Of a stretch of DNA of 64,000 bases, positions 48,601-58,320 are shown piece after piece (position 1 is the stretch's first letter; every line of letters begins with the position of its first letter). The DNA lies in the IMG/VR virus record IMGVR_UViG_3300030110_004304, positions 1 to 64,000 of that record. One strand, written 5' to 3'. A model generated the notes under the pieces. The model did not search any database, was not told the origin of the DNA, and saw nothing but the letters and a program-made list of their open reading frames with translations. A program made the position numbers and the translations under genes. Source of the DNA: a virus.

Positions 48601-51600
48601 ACAGCTAGTAAGAATAGAACAAGCGAACGTGAGCAAGCTTCAAAAGCAGAGGCTAATAATATAATAGGTAAGGACCCAGAAGAAAACACAACAGTCCCTC
48701 CAGGTGATATTATAAAAGAACAAGAAGATGCTTCAACTGAAGATGAGTTTATACTAATGCTAGACCAAACAGGAGACATTTATACTAAAGGAGAAAATGT
48801 TACAGAAGAAAGTATTATTCTAATAACTCATGATAAATCTTTTGATGATGATGGAAATGTTATAACATACAAAGGAAGACCTCTCGAAAGCCGTAAGAAA
48901 GGCGATCAGCCTGAGTTACTTAATTCTCAATTAAATAATCCTAATTTCTTATCAGATTCTCAAATAGAAAAAGAAGGAGGATCTGTTGAGGTTACTATAG
49001 TATTATTAAATAACAATCATAATTCAAAACCAGGTAATCAAAATGGAGAAGGAGCTGCTTTCGGAATTTATTACGATGGTATATATTTAGGAATGTTACC
49101 GGAGTATCAAAAAGGAATGCCAGGACAGTTTTTAGAATTAAGGAAAAAGGCGTTTGAAGCAGGAGCAAACGGTAATACTATTACTCATTCTCTTATACAA
49201 AAAATAAACACTCGAGTTAATACTCAAAGAAACAATACTGGAAAGCCTGTTCGTAATAATCCTCTTAGTATTATAAAACAAGCAATAGCAGAAGGAGCTA
49301 GTTTTATAACTAAAAAAGGAGGAAAGATTCCTTTAAAGTTATGGTTAGTATCTAGTGTAAGAGATAAGCACGGTACTCCTGTATTAAAAACTAACGGTCT
49401 TAGTAAAACAGTAGTAGACAATATAGCAGGAGATGGAACCAAACTACAGGAAGGACATATTTATATGCTAGTACCTCATCCTAAAGGACTGTTTCCTGTA
49501 AGATTATTTTCTCAACCTTTTAGCAATGTTTCTGACAAAGCTAAATCAGATGTAAAAAATTTATTAGATACTTTACAAGAGCAATCTGGTAAAGATGAGG
49601 ATAAATATAAAGAAGCTAAGGAAAGGTTAGCAAACGTATTCCACAATGTAAACTTTGATTTTTACGATGGTAGGTATATAATAACTAGTGAAAATCCAGC
49701 TATAGTAGAAATGTGGGGAGGAAAGGTTTTACCACAGTCTGAAACATCTAACTCTGAATATATTGTAATGGCTATGGGGAACTTAGTTCCTAAAGTTGCT
49801 TTTAATAATATGAATAATAAGGGCACACAAGGTTATTATGTTAATAATGGGTTTATAACAACTGATGTATTTAGTGAGGATGGAAACTTCTTCCACTCTT
49901 CTGGATTTACATTAGATAGTTACTCGAGTCCTGAAAGTAAAACCGCTGCTAATAATATAAACGAACAAGAAGATACTAGTAAAGCAGATAGTCTTGAGAA
50001 TCAAACTACAAAAAATAAAGCAGTAAATGATTCTCCTGCTCCACTTACTACTGTTTTATCAGAGTTGCAAGTAGCTAGATGGGAAGCAGAGGGTGAGATA
50101 GGACCTAACACTTTACAAAAAGTTATTGATAAGTTTAATAATCAAGAAGAAGAATTAACTACTACTGAACAAGAAATAATAGATCAACATTATTCTAACA
50201 TAGCAAAAGAAGTAGCAGATGCTGCCGTAGAAGATGCAGCTCCTGAAGGTTGGAGATTGGTAGTTCCTGGAGAAGTCCTCCCTATGGGTAGTGAAGTTAG
50301 AATGGATGTAACAACTGGGCAACAGTTAGTTAAAATAGAAACTCCCTCACCAGAAAAGCCAATAGATACTGATGGAATAAGTGGTATACTACCAGGTTTA
50401 GATCCTGAAAACTCAGATGATAGTGACTTAAGAACTAGAATGACTGACAAGACAGATGGTACAACATTTAGTGAGTCAGAAGAAGTTCAATGGTTAGAAG
50501 ACAAATTAGGAAAAGAAGTAGTAGGTAAAACAAAGATGTTTAATTCTCTAGAAGATTTAAAAAGCTATTTACCTAAGCAAGTTTATCAGATGCTTCTTAA
50601 TGCTAGAAAAAACGGCAAGAATCTACACGGACTTTTCTCTAATGCTGCTTTATACCTAAACTCAAATGCTTTTGAAGGGACCGCATATCACGAAGCTTTC
50701 CATATAGTATTTCACCTAACTCTTTCTCCTAAGCAAAGAGCAGCTATCTTAAAAGAAGCTCGTACAAAATATAAATCAGAGCTAGCAGAGAATGCTTCCG
50801 AAATAGAAGTAGAAGAGTTACTGGCTGATAAATTTATGGAGTATGTTCAATCAGAAGAAGGTACTAGAAAAACATTATCAGGAAAGATAAAGAACTGGTT
50901 TAGAAGTACTTACAGAATGATTAAGACTTTCTTCAATGGTAATAATAACATATCTATAGATGAGGTTTTTGAAAATATTCAATTAGGAGTTTATAAAAAC
51001 AAGCCTAAGTTCCAAAGCACAAACTTAACAGAATTAACCAATCCTGTATTCCGTACCGCACTGCGAGAAGAGTCATACGAGAATGTTGCTGAAGAATCTC
51101 AAGCCCTAGAATATTTAAGAAGCAGATATTTTGGAATACTAGATGTACTTAGAAAACAAGATGCATTAAAAGATTTTAAAGATGCTACTGACTCTGAGTT
51201 AATTAATAAAGTAGGAGTTCAGTATATGGATGACCTAGTACTCACTCAGTTATTAGGAGACATTAACAACCTCAATGCTGCTTTAAATAAAAATCTTACT
51301 GAAAATAGAAGAATAAAAACTGAGAAAGTATTATCATTACTAAACAACTTAAAAAGAATTGTAACTAATAACAATGTTGGAATTAGTGCTGCGGAAGATG
51401 GGGGCATGTTTAAGCTTAAAATAGGATTCAACGAGAAGAAGCCTGATTTTATGAATAAGTTCCACAGGTTATTAAAAGGAGATGGATTAAATATTAAGAC
51501 CAAAAAAGCTACCGGTACTATAGAGACTTATGATACTGATCAGTTAACAAACGAAGCAGAAGAAAGCACTCAAGAAGAAAACTGGCAAAGAAGTAATATA

Positions 51601-54600
51601 GAGATTAATCCTAAAGATACTTTAAGTGATCAACTTAAAAGATTCTTTAATTCTGTTCCTAAATATACTAGAACTAAACAAGGATATGTTCCTGCCACAA
51701 ATGCTTTTGGAGTTCCATTAAGAGAAAGCTCTGCTAGAATCTTTTCTTATTTGGGAGAAAAAATAACTAACTCTACAGAAGGAGTAGACCAAATGATGGA
51801 GAAATTAAATTCTCTAAAAAATGATAAGCCTTTTGTAAAGCATATTATAGAAAAACTTTCAGACCCTGCAAATGAGTCTGTAAAATCTGATTTGTATGTT
51901 AACCTAGCATCAAAACAATTTATAAAGTTCTTATCAGTATTAGAATCTAATGATGAATATAGAGTATTCTTCTCTAATAGAAAGAGTGCTGAGAATCTGA
52001 TAACAGAAGAATTAGTTGCTAACTTCTTAAATGAGAGAAATAAATTATTTACAAAACAACCAGGAGGAGGTAGAAACTTTGAGAATATTGATATAGCAGA
52101 AGCTAGAAAATTTAAAGAATTAATTGGAAAGACTATAAAGTATTTACAAAGCGTTAAGCCTAGTAATGAGTCAGAAAAGTTAAACGACAAATTTTTTAAT
52201 GGATTCGCTAAAGCATTATCGGGAACAGGTGCTCAAAATAATTTAGGATTTAGTTTAACAGCAGATCAGATAAAGGATAATCTTTATAAAGAAATAGACG
52301 GAGCAAGTGCAGTAGGTGTATTAAGAAGTTTTGTTAATACTCTTGATAAATTAGCTACACAGTTAGAACAAGGTAAAAATCCTTTCTTATTTCTCAAAGC
52401 TACTGACCAAGTTGATAAGTCTAAAGTAGGTAGTAGAAATATTGTAGAAGAATTAGCTAAACACTACTCTAAAATATTCCAAGGAGAAGTACAGTCTGCT
52501 TTCAGAAATGTAGAAAATAAAACTGTTTATAATATTCAACTAGCTAACTTTTTAAGTCAGGCCATAAGTAAGTTTAAAAACAAAAAACAAAGACAAGACT
52601 TTTTAAGACTTATTGCTAACGATCCTTTATTAAGTAACTCTCCTTTCTTAAATGATTTAGCTCAAAATGAAAAACTACAAGAAGAGCTGGATGTTGTTTT
52701 ATTAGATGGTTTTAAAAGACAAGGTAAAAGCAGAGGAGTAAAGTATACAAAGCTTTCTAACTTAGAATTAGAAGCAACCTCAATGGGAGCATTCTTAAAC
52801 CAAAGTAAAAATTCTTCTTATGGTTACTATAGATTACCTATACCAGCAGATTCTCCTACTATACCATTTATAAAAATGGGAAAATATACTAACGAAGAGA
52901 TATTAGATAAACTAGTAGAAGTTGCAAGAGGAGAGTTTAATAGAACTAAGAGAGTAATGAATTTGCCTGAAAATGCAGAAATAAAAAAGATTAAAAATTT
53001 CTCTAAAAACTTTGGTAAGTTTAATCTTCTTCCTTTTTTAAATGGAAAAGTAAATTACTCAGAAAAATTTAATGAGAAGCAAGTAAGAAGCACTTTAGAA
53101 AAATGGTTAAATGATGAAACCTCCAAAGGATTTTTTGGTTCTCAGCTAGAGGCTTATACAGAAAAAGGTATTATCAAAAACATAGAAGGAAATAAAATAA
53201 CATTTGCAGAAAAAGTATTAGATAAAAGAATTAGGCAAGAAGGTAAAGGATTCTTTAAGAACTATTTATTTAATTCTTTATATGCTAATACTCAACTAAC
53301 TACTTTATTCTCAGGAGATCCTGCTTTTTATAGTGGTACCGTAGATTATCAGAAAAGAAATAAACAAATTCTAAGTCCTAAACTTTATTTAGATACTAGT
53401 AAAACAAGGCCTAATTATTATTTGTCAGTAATAGCTGATAATGAAAGACCTTCTGAACAAGAACTAGTAGATACTTTAACAGAATTGATAGAAAGTTCTG
53501 ATCTTCCAGCAGACAAACAAACAGAGTTAATTGCTACGTGGACTTCTGCTGAACACAACGAAACAGATGCTCAAACATATATCCATCCTAGAAGATATAA
53601 AGAAATCATGGAAGGATTAAATAGATGGAGTGATAAGCTCGAAGCAAGTTATCAAAGAGTGCTTCAAGGTAAAGAAACAATAGAAGATATTGCGGTTTTC
53701 CCTCCTATAAAACCATTCATGTATACACAAAACAGAATAAACGGTTTTGTAGTACCAGTACAAATAAAGAACTCAGAAATAATGTTAACTCCTTCTATGG
53801 CGTTAGCTAAAGAGGGTAAAGAATTAAAGTATCCTAAACTTGCTGAGGTTTATCAAGCAATGGAAAAAGAAAGAACTATGGAAGACGGTACCGTTTACCA
53901 AATAGATTCTATTGCATTTGAGTCCGCTGTTAAGGTAGGTGGGGATGCCATAGCCCCTACTATGGAAGATATAGATGGAGCTAGAGTACTTACTTTAAAG
54001 AACTCTGATTTTGGACTACAACAAGAAACGCCTCCTCACTATCTAGATGACGTTACTAACTACGGTACTCAATTGAGGAACTTAATTTTAGCAGATATTA
54101 ATCTTGAAGGAGATTATGTTTTAGATGGTCAGAAATTAAAAGGAAAAGATATAGCTAGACTGTATCAAGAAACTATTGCAGAAGATCTAAAGGCATCCTT
54201 CGATAAGTACAAAAAACTATTTGAAACAAAAGATGGTAAAGTAAATTACGAAGCATTAATCGATACTCTTCAAAATGAGGTAGATAGGAGAGACTTAGGA
54301 GATAACGCAAGAGCAGCTATAGCAGCTATTAAAGTTAACCAAGGTATTAATAAAGGTGAAGTAAGACCTGCTCTCCCTTTCTATCATCCTGCCCATTCTA
54401 TAATGATACAGAATATCTTAAACGGCCTGTTTAAGAAAAATGTAACGAGACAAAAGGTAGAAGGGGGAGCACTTATTAACACCTCTTCTTACGGTGTTTC
54501 TGATACTTTAAAATGGCATAAGAATAAAAAAGGTGAGTTAGAGTTTCAAGTACTATTACCGTGGTGGTCTAAGAAATATTTCCCTAAAAATGAAAAAGGA

Positions 54601-57600
54601 GAAGTAGACATTACTAAGCTTCCAGACGAGCTTAAAGAATTAGTAGGATATCGTATTCCTACTGAGGATAAGTATTCTATGTTCAAAATGAAAGTAGTTG
54701 GATTCACTCCTGCTACTATGGGAGGTACTCTAATAATGCCAAGAGAGGTAACTACTATTGCAGGTCTGGATTTTGATATTGATAAAATTTATGTAATGAC
54801 TCCGGCTTTTAATGTAAGTAAAGACGGTAAGCTAAGTAAAGTAAAACCTTTAACTAATAATACTAGCCCGGAAGTAGCAGCTAGCAAAATCTTTAATGAT
54901 ATAGATACTCTAGAAAAATTTGTTAATGAGAACATAGATAAAGAATACGCTGATAACATAATGAATTTTAGAAGAGAGGCTAATGAAGCTGTTGTAGAAA
55001 ATAAGGAGCTAAAAAAAGAATTATTTGAAAGTGAAGAGCACAAAAACATTTATAATGAAATACAACTTATTAAGTTACAGATAAAAAATGCAAAAACTGA
55101 TGAAGAGACTAATGAAGAGATACCGTTTTTAGTTAGTAAAAAAGATAGTTTATATGAACAATTAAAAGACTCTTTTGCTCCTTATAATGCAGCAATAGAA
55201 GAAATTTATAACAATAAAACTACAATAAAAGATTATTTAGAAAAAGTAATAAGAGATGGAGATATTGATCTTACAAAATATAATGGTAAGAGAGAAAGAG
55301 ATAATCTTAAACTAGATATAGTAAGCAGTATCTTAGGGAATAAGCACACTGCGAAGAGTTTAGTTTCTCCAGGTAACTTTCAAAACTTATTAGATTTAGC
55401 AAATAAAATAAGATTATTACAAGCTGGTAAAGAAAAAGAAGCATTAAGTTTAAAAGGTAAAAAGCTAAAAGAAGCTGCTGATGCTTTAGACGATATTAAT
55501 ATGTTTAACATAGTATATCCTTCTACTCAACTAGAATTGTTTGAAAGAAATATGGCAGGTAAAGAATTAACAGGAATCTTTGCTAATCAAAATACTCACG
55601 CTGCTAAAGCTCAGTATACACAAATGGAATTGAAACTTCCTATACTAGTTGATGGACAAGAGTATATGTATTTAAATAAATCTATAATAGGAGATACTAG
55701 GATTTCTGAAAAACTAGCATCTTACTTAGCAGCTGTTGTGGATAATACAAAAGAACCGATGTCTGCTTTTATAAACTTAAATACTTTCACTGCAGATACT
55801 GTAGCATTATTAACAAGATTAGGTGTAGAAGAAGATACTGTGGCTTATTTAATGAATCAGCCAGTAATAAAAGAGCTCACTAAATTATGGTTCCAAGAAA
55901 AGGGGAATTTATCTGAAGAAAATGTATTTGGAGAAATCTTAGAATTATGGAAGGATAAAATGCTTAGTAAATCAGGAGCACTATCTTTAGAAGAAATAGA
56001 TAATCTATTTGAATCAGGAGGAGTGGAACTTAATAAAAATAAACTAAGAGATAACTTACTTCCTGGAAATCAAGGAACTGCCGAATTTTATAAACAACAG
56101 TATATAGCTTTATTAAGTTTTGAAAGCTTAAGTAAAACAGCTAAAGAACTTTCTGAGTCTATACAAGCTTCCAGAGTAGATACTAAAGGATTAGGAGCAA
56201 CAATGGCTGAAGGCTATGTGTTCTTAGATCAACAAAGAAGATTAATACAAAAAGAGGAGAACAACGAAAACTTAATTTTTGGTATAACAGAAACATTCAC
56301 TGGCTCCGAAGATCAAATTATGATGCCTGCTTTTAACGAAAACGGTATTATAAAACCATTATCTTTAATGGATACTTTATTTCCATACAACGGTAAACAA
56401 GGTACAGAAGGAGAGTTTCTTTATAATCTTTTAGGCTCAGTAAAAAATTGGTTTTCTAATCAAAAAGGAAAAACTTTAGGATTAACAGAAAGAGAAGTTA
56501 GGCTTATAGAGGCCCAATACATGGGATACATTTCTTCTAATTTTCCATTCTTTAGTCATACTGAGAATGAGCAAATAATAAAAGAAACTCCTAGAAAACT
56601 GATAGACTTTAAGCATAAAAATCCTAATTCTCAATTTGCTCCTTTATTAGATTCATTATATGTAAAAGCTCCTGATAAGCAATTTCCTTTAGAAAGAATA
56701 GAATATTATAAGTCAGGAAAAACTCCTATCCAATCAGAACAGATGATTAAGAGTTGGGAGATAATGATGACTCGAGGAACTAAAGAAGAACAGGACCTAG
56801 CTTTTGACTTAGTAAAATATGCATACCATTCTACCGGTTTCGAGTATACTCCTTATAGTTTTGTACAACAAATTCCAACTGCTTTCTGGACAGATGACTT
56901 TGGAAGAGATAGAGCAGACAGAGGATTAGTTGATGCAAAAGGTAGAACATATAATGAGTTTTTATCAGTAGCTGATGACTATATAAGAAACACTCCACTA
57001 TATATAAATCCACAAAGTATAACTGAAAAGTTTTCTGAAAAAGGAGGAGGACAAGTTGCTAATAACTTTATCCACCAATTTTTAAGAAACAACTTTGATA
57101 GGGATGGTTTTGTAAAAAGTGTTACAGCTAGATCTAGAGGTGCTGCATATATTAAAGGAAAAGGTAATAAGCCTGGATTTATTTCAATTACAGCAAGTAG
57201 ATTTAGTCCTTTTGCATCTTTTGGAGACGGTATGGTTACTTATGTAAAAAGATACAATAAGAATTTAAAGAAGAATGAGTTATTTAGATTCAGTCAAGTT
57301 ATAGAAGGAACTGCTATATATAATAAAGTAGAGCCTTTAGGAACTACCAATTTCTTAAAAGTATTTAATGCTAATGGAGCTATAGAGGGAGATTGGTTAG
57401 AAAGAACTAAGAAACCAAAAACAGGGAAAGTATTATATCCTGGCTTCGCTAGAGAAAAAGCTAGTTTTAAAGCTAACATAGGAACATTACAAGACCAGGT
57501 AGACAATACTACAACTGTTAAACCTTTAGTTAATCAACAGAATAAAGAAGACGTAAGTGGAGGAGCTCTACAGAAACTATCAGATAGAAATGATTTAAAT

Positions 57601-58320
57601 CAAGTATCTATGGAAGATAGAATTAATGACATGGCTGAAACTGCAGTACAACCAGTTACTAAAATTATATCTGGGGCACAAACTGGTGTAGATCAGATTG
57701 GTTTAGAAGTTGGAAAAGGGTTAGGAATGAGAACTGGTGGAACAGCTCCTATAGGGTTTCAAACTGAAAAAGGAAAAGATACATCCTTAGCAGAAAAATA
57801 TGGTATAAAAGAAATTACTGCGGAAGAACAGAATACGTACGCAAAAGGTAAAACTGATGCCTACACTGCTAGAACAGAGATGAATGCTTTAAATTCAGAT
57901 GGAACAGTTTATTTTGCTACCAATGCAGATAGTGCAGGAAAAATTGCTACAGAAAGATATGCTAAAAAACATAGTAAGCCTTTTATTCTAAATCCTACGG
58001 CGGAACAATTAAGAAAATTCTTAGCTGATAATAATATTAAAACTCTTAATGTTGCAGGTAATAGAGGTAGTAAACTTACTGCTCAGCAAAAAACAAATAT
58101 TAAGAATATTCTTACTACTGCATTAAAAGCTCCAACACAACCAGCTGCTGGGGGGTTAGCATCACTAGCTTCTGAATCAAAGGGAGAAATTACTCAGAAT
58201 GAGTTAGATAAGATAAATGAAAATATAAAGAAAGCAGGCTTTAAAGATACTTATAGTATGGAAAAATTTAAAAAGCTATCTTTACAAAACCAATTAAAAG
58301 TAAGAGAATGTTATGGCTAA
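45688..58320 (+). CDS. Virion-packaged double-psi-barrel RNA polymerase polyprotein with zincin and C-terminal SLOG (cpYpsA-like) domains
   Basis: DFDIDK at 54769-54786, YRIPTEDK, TDAQ.Y, FESAVKVG, GTQLR; HEAFH at 50689; KIISGAQTGVD...LNVAGNR from 57661. Confidence 0.92.
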   Translation: MSEELENEIPENDLDAVSGLPKDFVERSVIGGKMSQYLTQSEAAMSGHIQGKQGASGFKGNMGPFVNQDYDLNEMVEGGEYEDEKRFDPLGHLETKNNPYGLDANIPNGVDFYAKLSELNLKQGTLDYEDELEENQGFFEELTNTGIKFWGKVANYTALGIAGFVWGAGKAIVNWDIDSLMDNEVFRGMDEVDEWLNKRFVVHGGADYRLAQERGAGIGERFLLDPTKVLADDISNAGSFVASAIVTEVLLGAATVATVGGAGPALAANTARLGVQGARLFSTGVRVLRGIDKMADMGAALRNATRFKNMAGTGRAILTGAGFESAMIGRETKDRVIENLAADYEEYYGRPPSEATLAEYEELGNSAMRQAYALNLPLVAGSNMLQFPRLFLKGYSGGRKLVNGLRFKGGKWAAKYDEFSKIRKAGLWTRKSLGRGVTEAWEEYAQGAMEEGLVDYFSANYSADAAKNGVGWLDAMSTAGSKYLGTTEGQDSATIGFLMGMVGMPMPFKMNQKTGKIEKGFGWFGGVAEELSNQKRRIKSLRNAADMLNQTDAGQALAANYQNFIRNMAIEQDKDNALMNEDPFSFKNSEHDQLHSYAMTRHNMGLSDTMWQELDGLEKMSTEDFNKAYQLKGVDEWTDATKKEVLDKTRAKLKRVVKVAEDVDTHFNNKVISNVPVGEEASYAAVKEQLTYLASTIDNVDAREKELEDKISNLTGGNVNSNSIKASKTVSGINEKTGQAEFGTLRDPKGRFKSQDAAFKNQMEEWKENDPGGYALNKDEVTDLYNDTKKLSNRRREAGGLYEFLFTKEGSESFKKVHEKLQKDFAKKVADAVKEKVRNKAKGTKNQTQSNRNKRDAESTNTDDIWGEEADQQAAAANDNVISKKKGPLADLASDEEMEPGIPQEVKGIDILEDIAENRSNTFLNKILDEAEKRGYNTSGINSIQDILNITAFQDPELFAELQRIALEMAQTASKNRTSEREQASKAEANNIIGKDPEENTTVPPGDIIKEQEDASTEDEFILMLDQTGDIYTKGENVTEESIILITHDKSFDDDGNVITYKGRPLESRKKGDQPELLNSQLNNPNFLSDSQIEKEGGSVEVTIVLLNNNHNSKPGNQNGEGAAFGIYYDGIYLGMLPEYQKGMPGQFLELRKKAFEAGANGNTITHSLIQKINTRVNTQRNNTGKPVRNNPLSIIKQAIAEGASFITKKGGKIPLKLWLVSSVRDKHGTPVLKTNGLSKTVVDNIAGDGTKLQEGHIYMLVPHPKGLFPVRLFSQPFSNVSDKAKSDVKNLLDTLQEQSGKDEDKYKEAKERLANVFHNVNFDFYDGRYIITSENPAIVEMWGGKVLPQSETSNSEYIVMAMGNLVPKVAFNNMNNKGTQGYYVNNGFITTDVFSEDGNFFHSSGFTLDSYSSPESKTAANNINEQEDTSKADSLENQTTKNKAVNDSPAPLTTVLSELQVARWEAEGEIGPNTLQKVIDKFNNQEEELTTTEQEIIDQHYSNIAKEVADAAVEDAAPEGWRLVVPGEVLPMGSEVRMDVTTGQQLVKIETPSPEKPIDTDGISGILPGLDPENSDDSDLRTRMTDKTDGTTFSESEEVQWLEDKLGKEVVGKTKMFNSLEDLKSYLPKQVYQMLLNARKNGKNLHGLFSNAALYLNSNAFEGTAYHEAFHIVFHLTLSPKQRAAILKEARTKYKSELAENASEIEVEELLADKFMEYVQSEEGTRKTLSGKIKNWFRSTYRMIKTFFNGNNNISIDEVFENIQLGVYKNKPKFQSTNLTELTNPVFRTALREESYENVAEESQALEYLRSRYFGILDVLRKQDALKDFKDATDSELINKVGVQYMDDLVLTQLLGDINNLNAALNKNLTENRRIKTEKVLSLLNNLKRIVTNNNVGISAAEDGGMFKLKIGFNEKKPDFMNKFHRLLKGDGLNIKTKKATGTIETYDTDQLTNEAEESTQEENWQRSNIEINPKDTLSDQLKRFFNSVPKYTRTKQGYVPATNAFGVPLRESSARIFSYLGEKITNSTEGVDQMMEKLNSLKNDKPFVKHIIEKLSDPANESVKSDLYVNLASKQFIKFLSVLESNDEYRVFFSNRKSAENLITEELVANFLNERNKLFTKQPGGGRNFENIDIAEARKFKELIGKTIKYLQSVKPSNESEKLNDKFFNGFAKALSGTGAQNNLGFSLTADQIKDNLYKEIDGASAVGVLRSFVNTLDKLATQLEQGKNPFLFLKATDQVDKSKVGSRNIVEELAKHYSKIFQGEVQSAFRNVENKTVYNIQLANFLSQAISKFKNKKQRQDFLRLIANDPLLSNSPFLNDLAQNEKLQEELDVVLLDGFKRQGKSRGVKYTKLSNLELEATSMGAFLNQSKNSSYGYYRLPIPADSPTIPFIKMGKYTNEEILDKLVEVARGEFNRTKRVMNLPENAEIKKIKNFSKNFGKFNLLPFLNGKVNYSEKFNEKQVRSTLEKWLNDETSKGFFGSQLEAYTEKGIIKNIEGNKITFAEKVLDKRIRQEGKGFFKNYLFNSLYANTQLTTLFSGDPAFYSGTVDYQKRNKQILSPKLYLDTSKTRPNYYLSVIADNERPSEQELVDTLTELIESSDLPADKQTELIATWTSAEHNETDAQTYIHPRRYKEIMEGLNRWSDKLEASYQRVLQGKETIEDIAVFPPIKPFMYTQNRINGFVVPVQIKNSEIMLTPSMALAKEGKELKYPKLAEVYQAMEKERTMEDGTVYQIDSIAFESAVKVGGDAIAPTMEDIDGARVLTLKNSDFGLQQETPPHYLDDVTNYGTQLRNLILADINLEGDYVLDGQKLKGKDIARLYQETIAEDLKASFDKYKKLFETKDGKVNYEALIDTLQNEVDRRDLGDNARAAIAAIKVNQGINKGEVRPALPFYHPAHSIMIQNILNGLFKKNVTRQKVEGGALINTSSYGVSDTLKWHKNKKGELEFQVLLPWWSKKYFPKNEKGEVDITKLPDELKELVGYRIPTEDKYSMFKMKVVGFTPATMGGTLIMPREVTTIAGLDFDIDKIYVMTPAFNVSKDGKLSKVKPLTNNTSPEVAASKIFNDIDTLEKFVNENIDKEYADNIMNFRREANEAVVENKELKKELFESEEHKNIYNEIQLIKLQIKNAKTDEETNEEIPFLVSKKDSLYEQLKDSFAPYNAAIEEIYNNKTTIKDYLEKVIRDGDIDLTKYNGKRERDNLKLDIVSSILGNKHTAKSLVSPGNFQNLLDLANKIRLLQAGKEKEALSLKGKKLKEAADALDDINMFNIVYPSTQLELFERNMAGKELTGIFANQNTHAAKAQYTQMELKLPILVDGQEYMYLNKSIIGDTRISEKLASYLAAVVDNTKEPMSAFINLNTFTADTVALLTRLGVEEDTVAYLMNQPVIKELTKLWFQEKGNLSEENVFGEILELWKDKMLSKSGALSLEEIDNLFESGGVELNKNKLRDNLLPGNQGTAEFYKQQYIALLSFESLSKTAKELSESIQASRVDTKGLGATMAEGYVFLDQQRRLIQKEENNENLIFGITETFTGSEDQIMMPAFNENGIIKPLSLMDTLFPYNGKQGTEGEFLYNLLGSVKNWFSNQKGKTLGLTEREVRLIEAQYMGYISSNFPFFSHTENEQIIKETPRKLIDFKHKNPNSQFAPLLDSLYVKAPDKQFPLERIEYYKSGKTPIQSEQMIKSWEIMMTRGTKEEQDLAFDLVKYAYHSTGFEYTPYSFVQQIPTAFWTDDFGRDRADRGLVDAKGRTYNEFLSVADDYIRNTPLYINPQSITEKFSEKGGGQVANNFIHQFLRNNFDRDGFVKSVTARSRGAAYIKGKGNKPGFISITASRFSPFASFGDGMVTYVKRYNKNLKKNELFRFSQVIEGTAIYNKVEPLGTTNFLKVFNANGAIEGDWLERTKKPKTGKVLYPGFAREKASFKANIGTLQDQVDNTTTVKPLVNQQNKEDVSGGALQKLSDRNDLNQVSMEDRINDMAETAVQPVTKIISGAQTGVDQIGLEVGKGLGMRTGGTAPIGFQTEKGKDTSLAEKYGIKEITAEEQNTYAKGKTDAYTARTEMNALNSDGTVYFATNADSAGKIATERYAKKHSKPFILNPTAEQLRKFLADNNIKTLNVAGNRGSKLTAQQKTNIKNILTTALKAPTQPAAGGLASLASESKGEITQNELDKINENIKKAGFKDTYSMEKFKKLSLQNQLKVRECYG

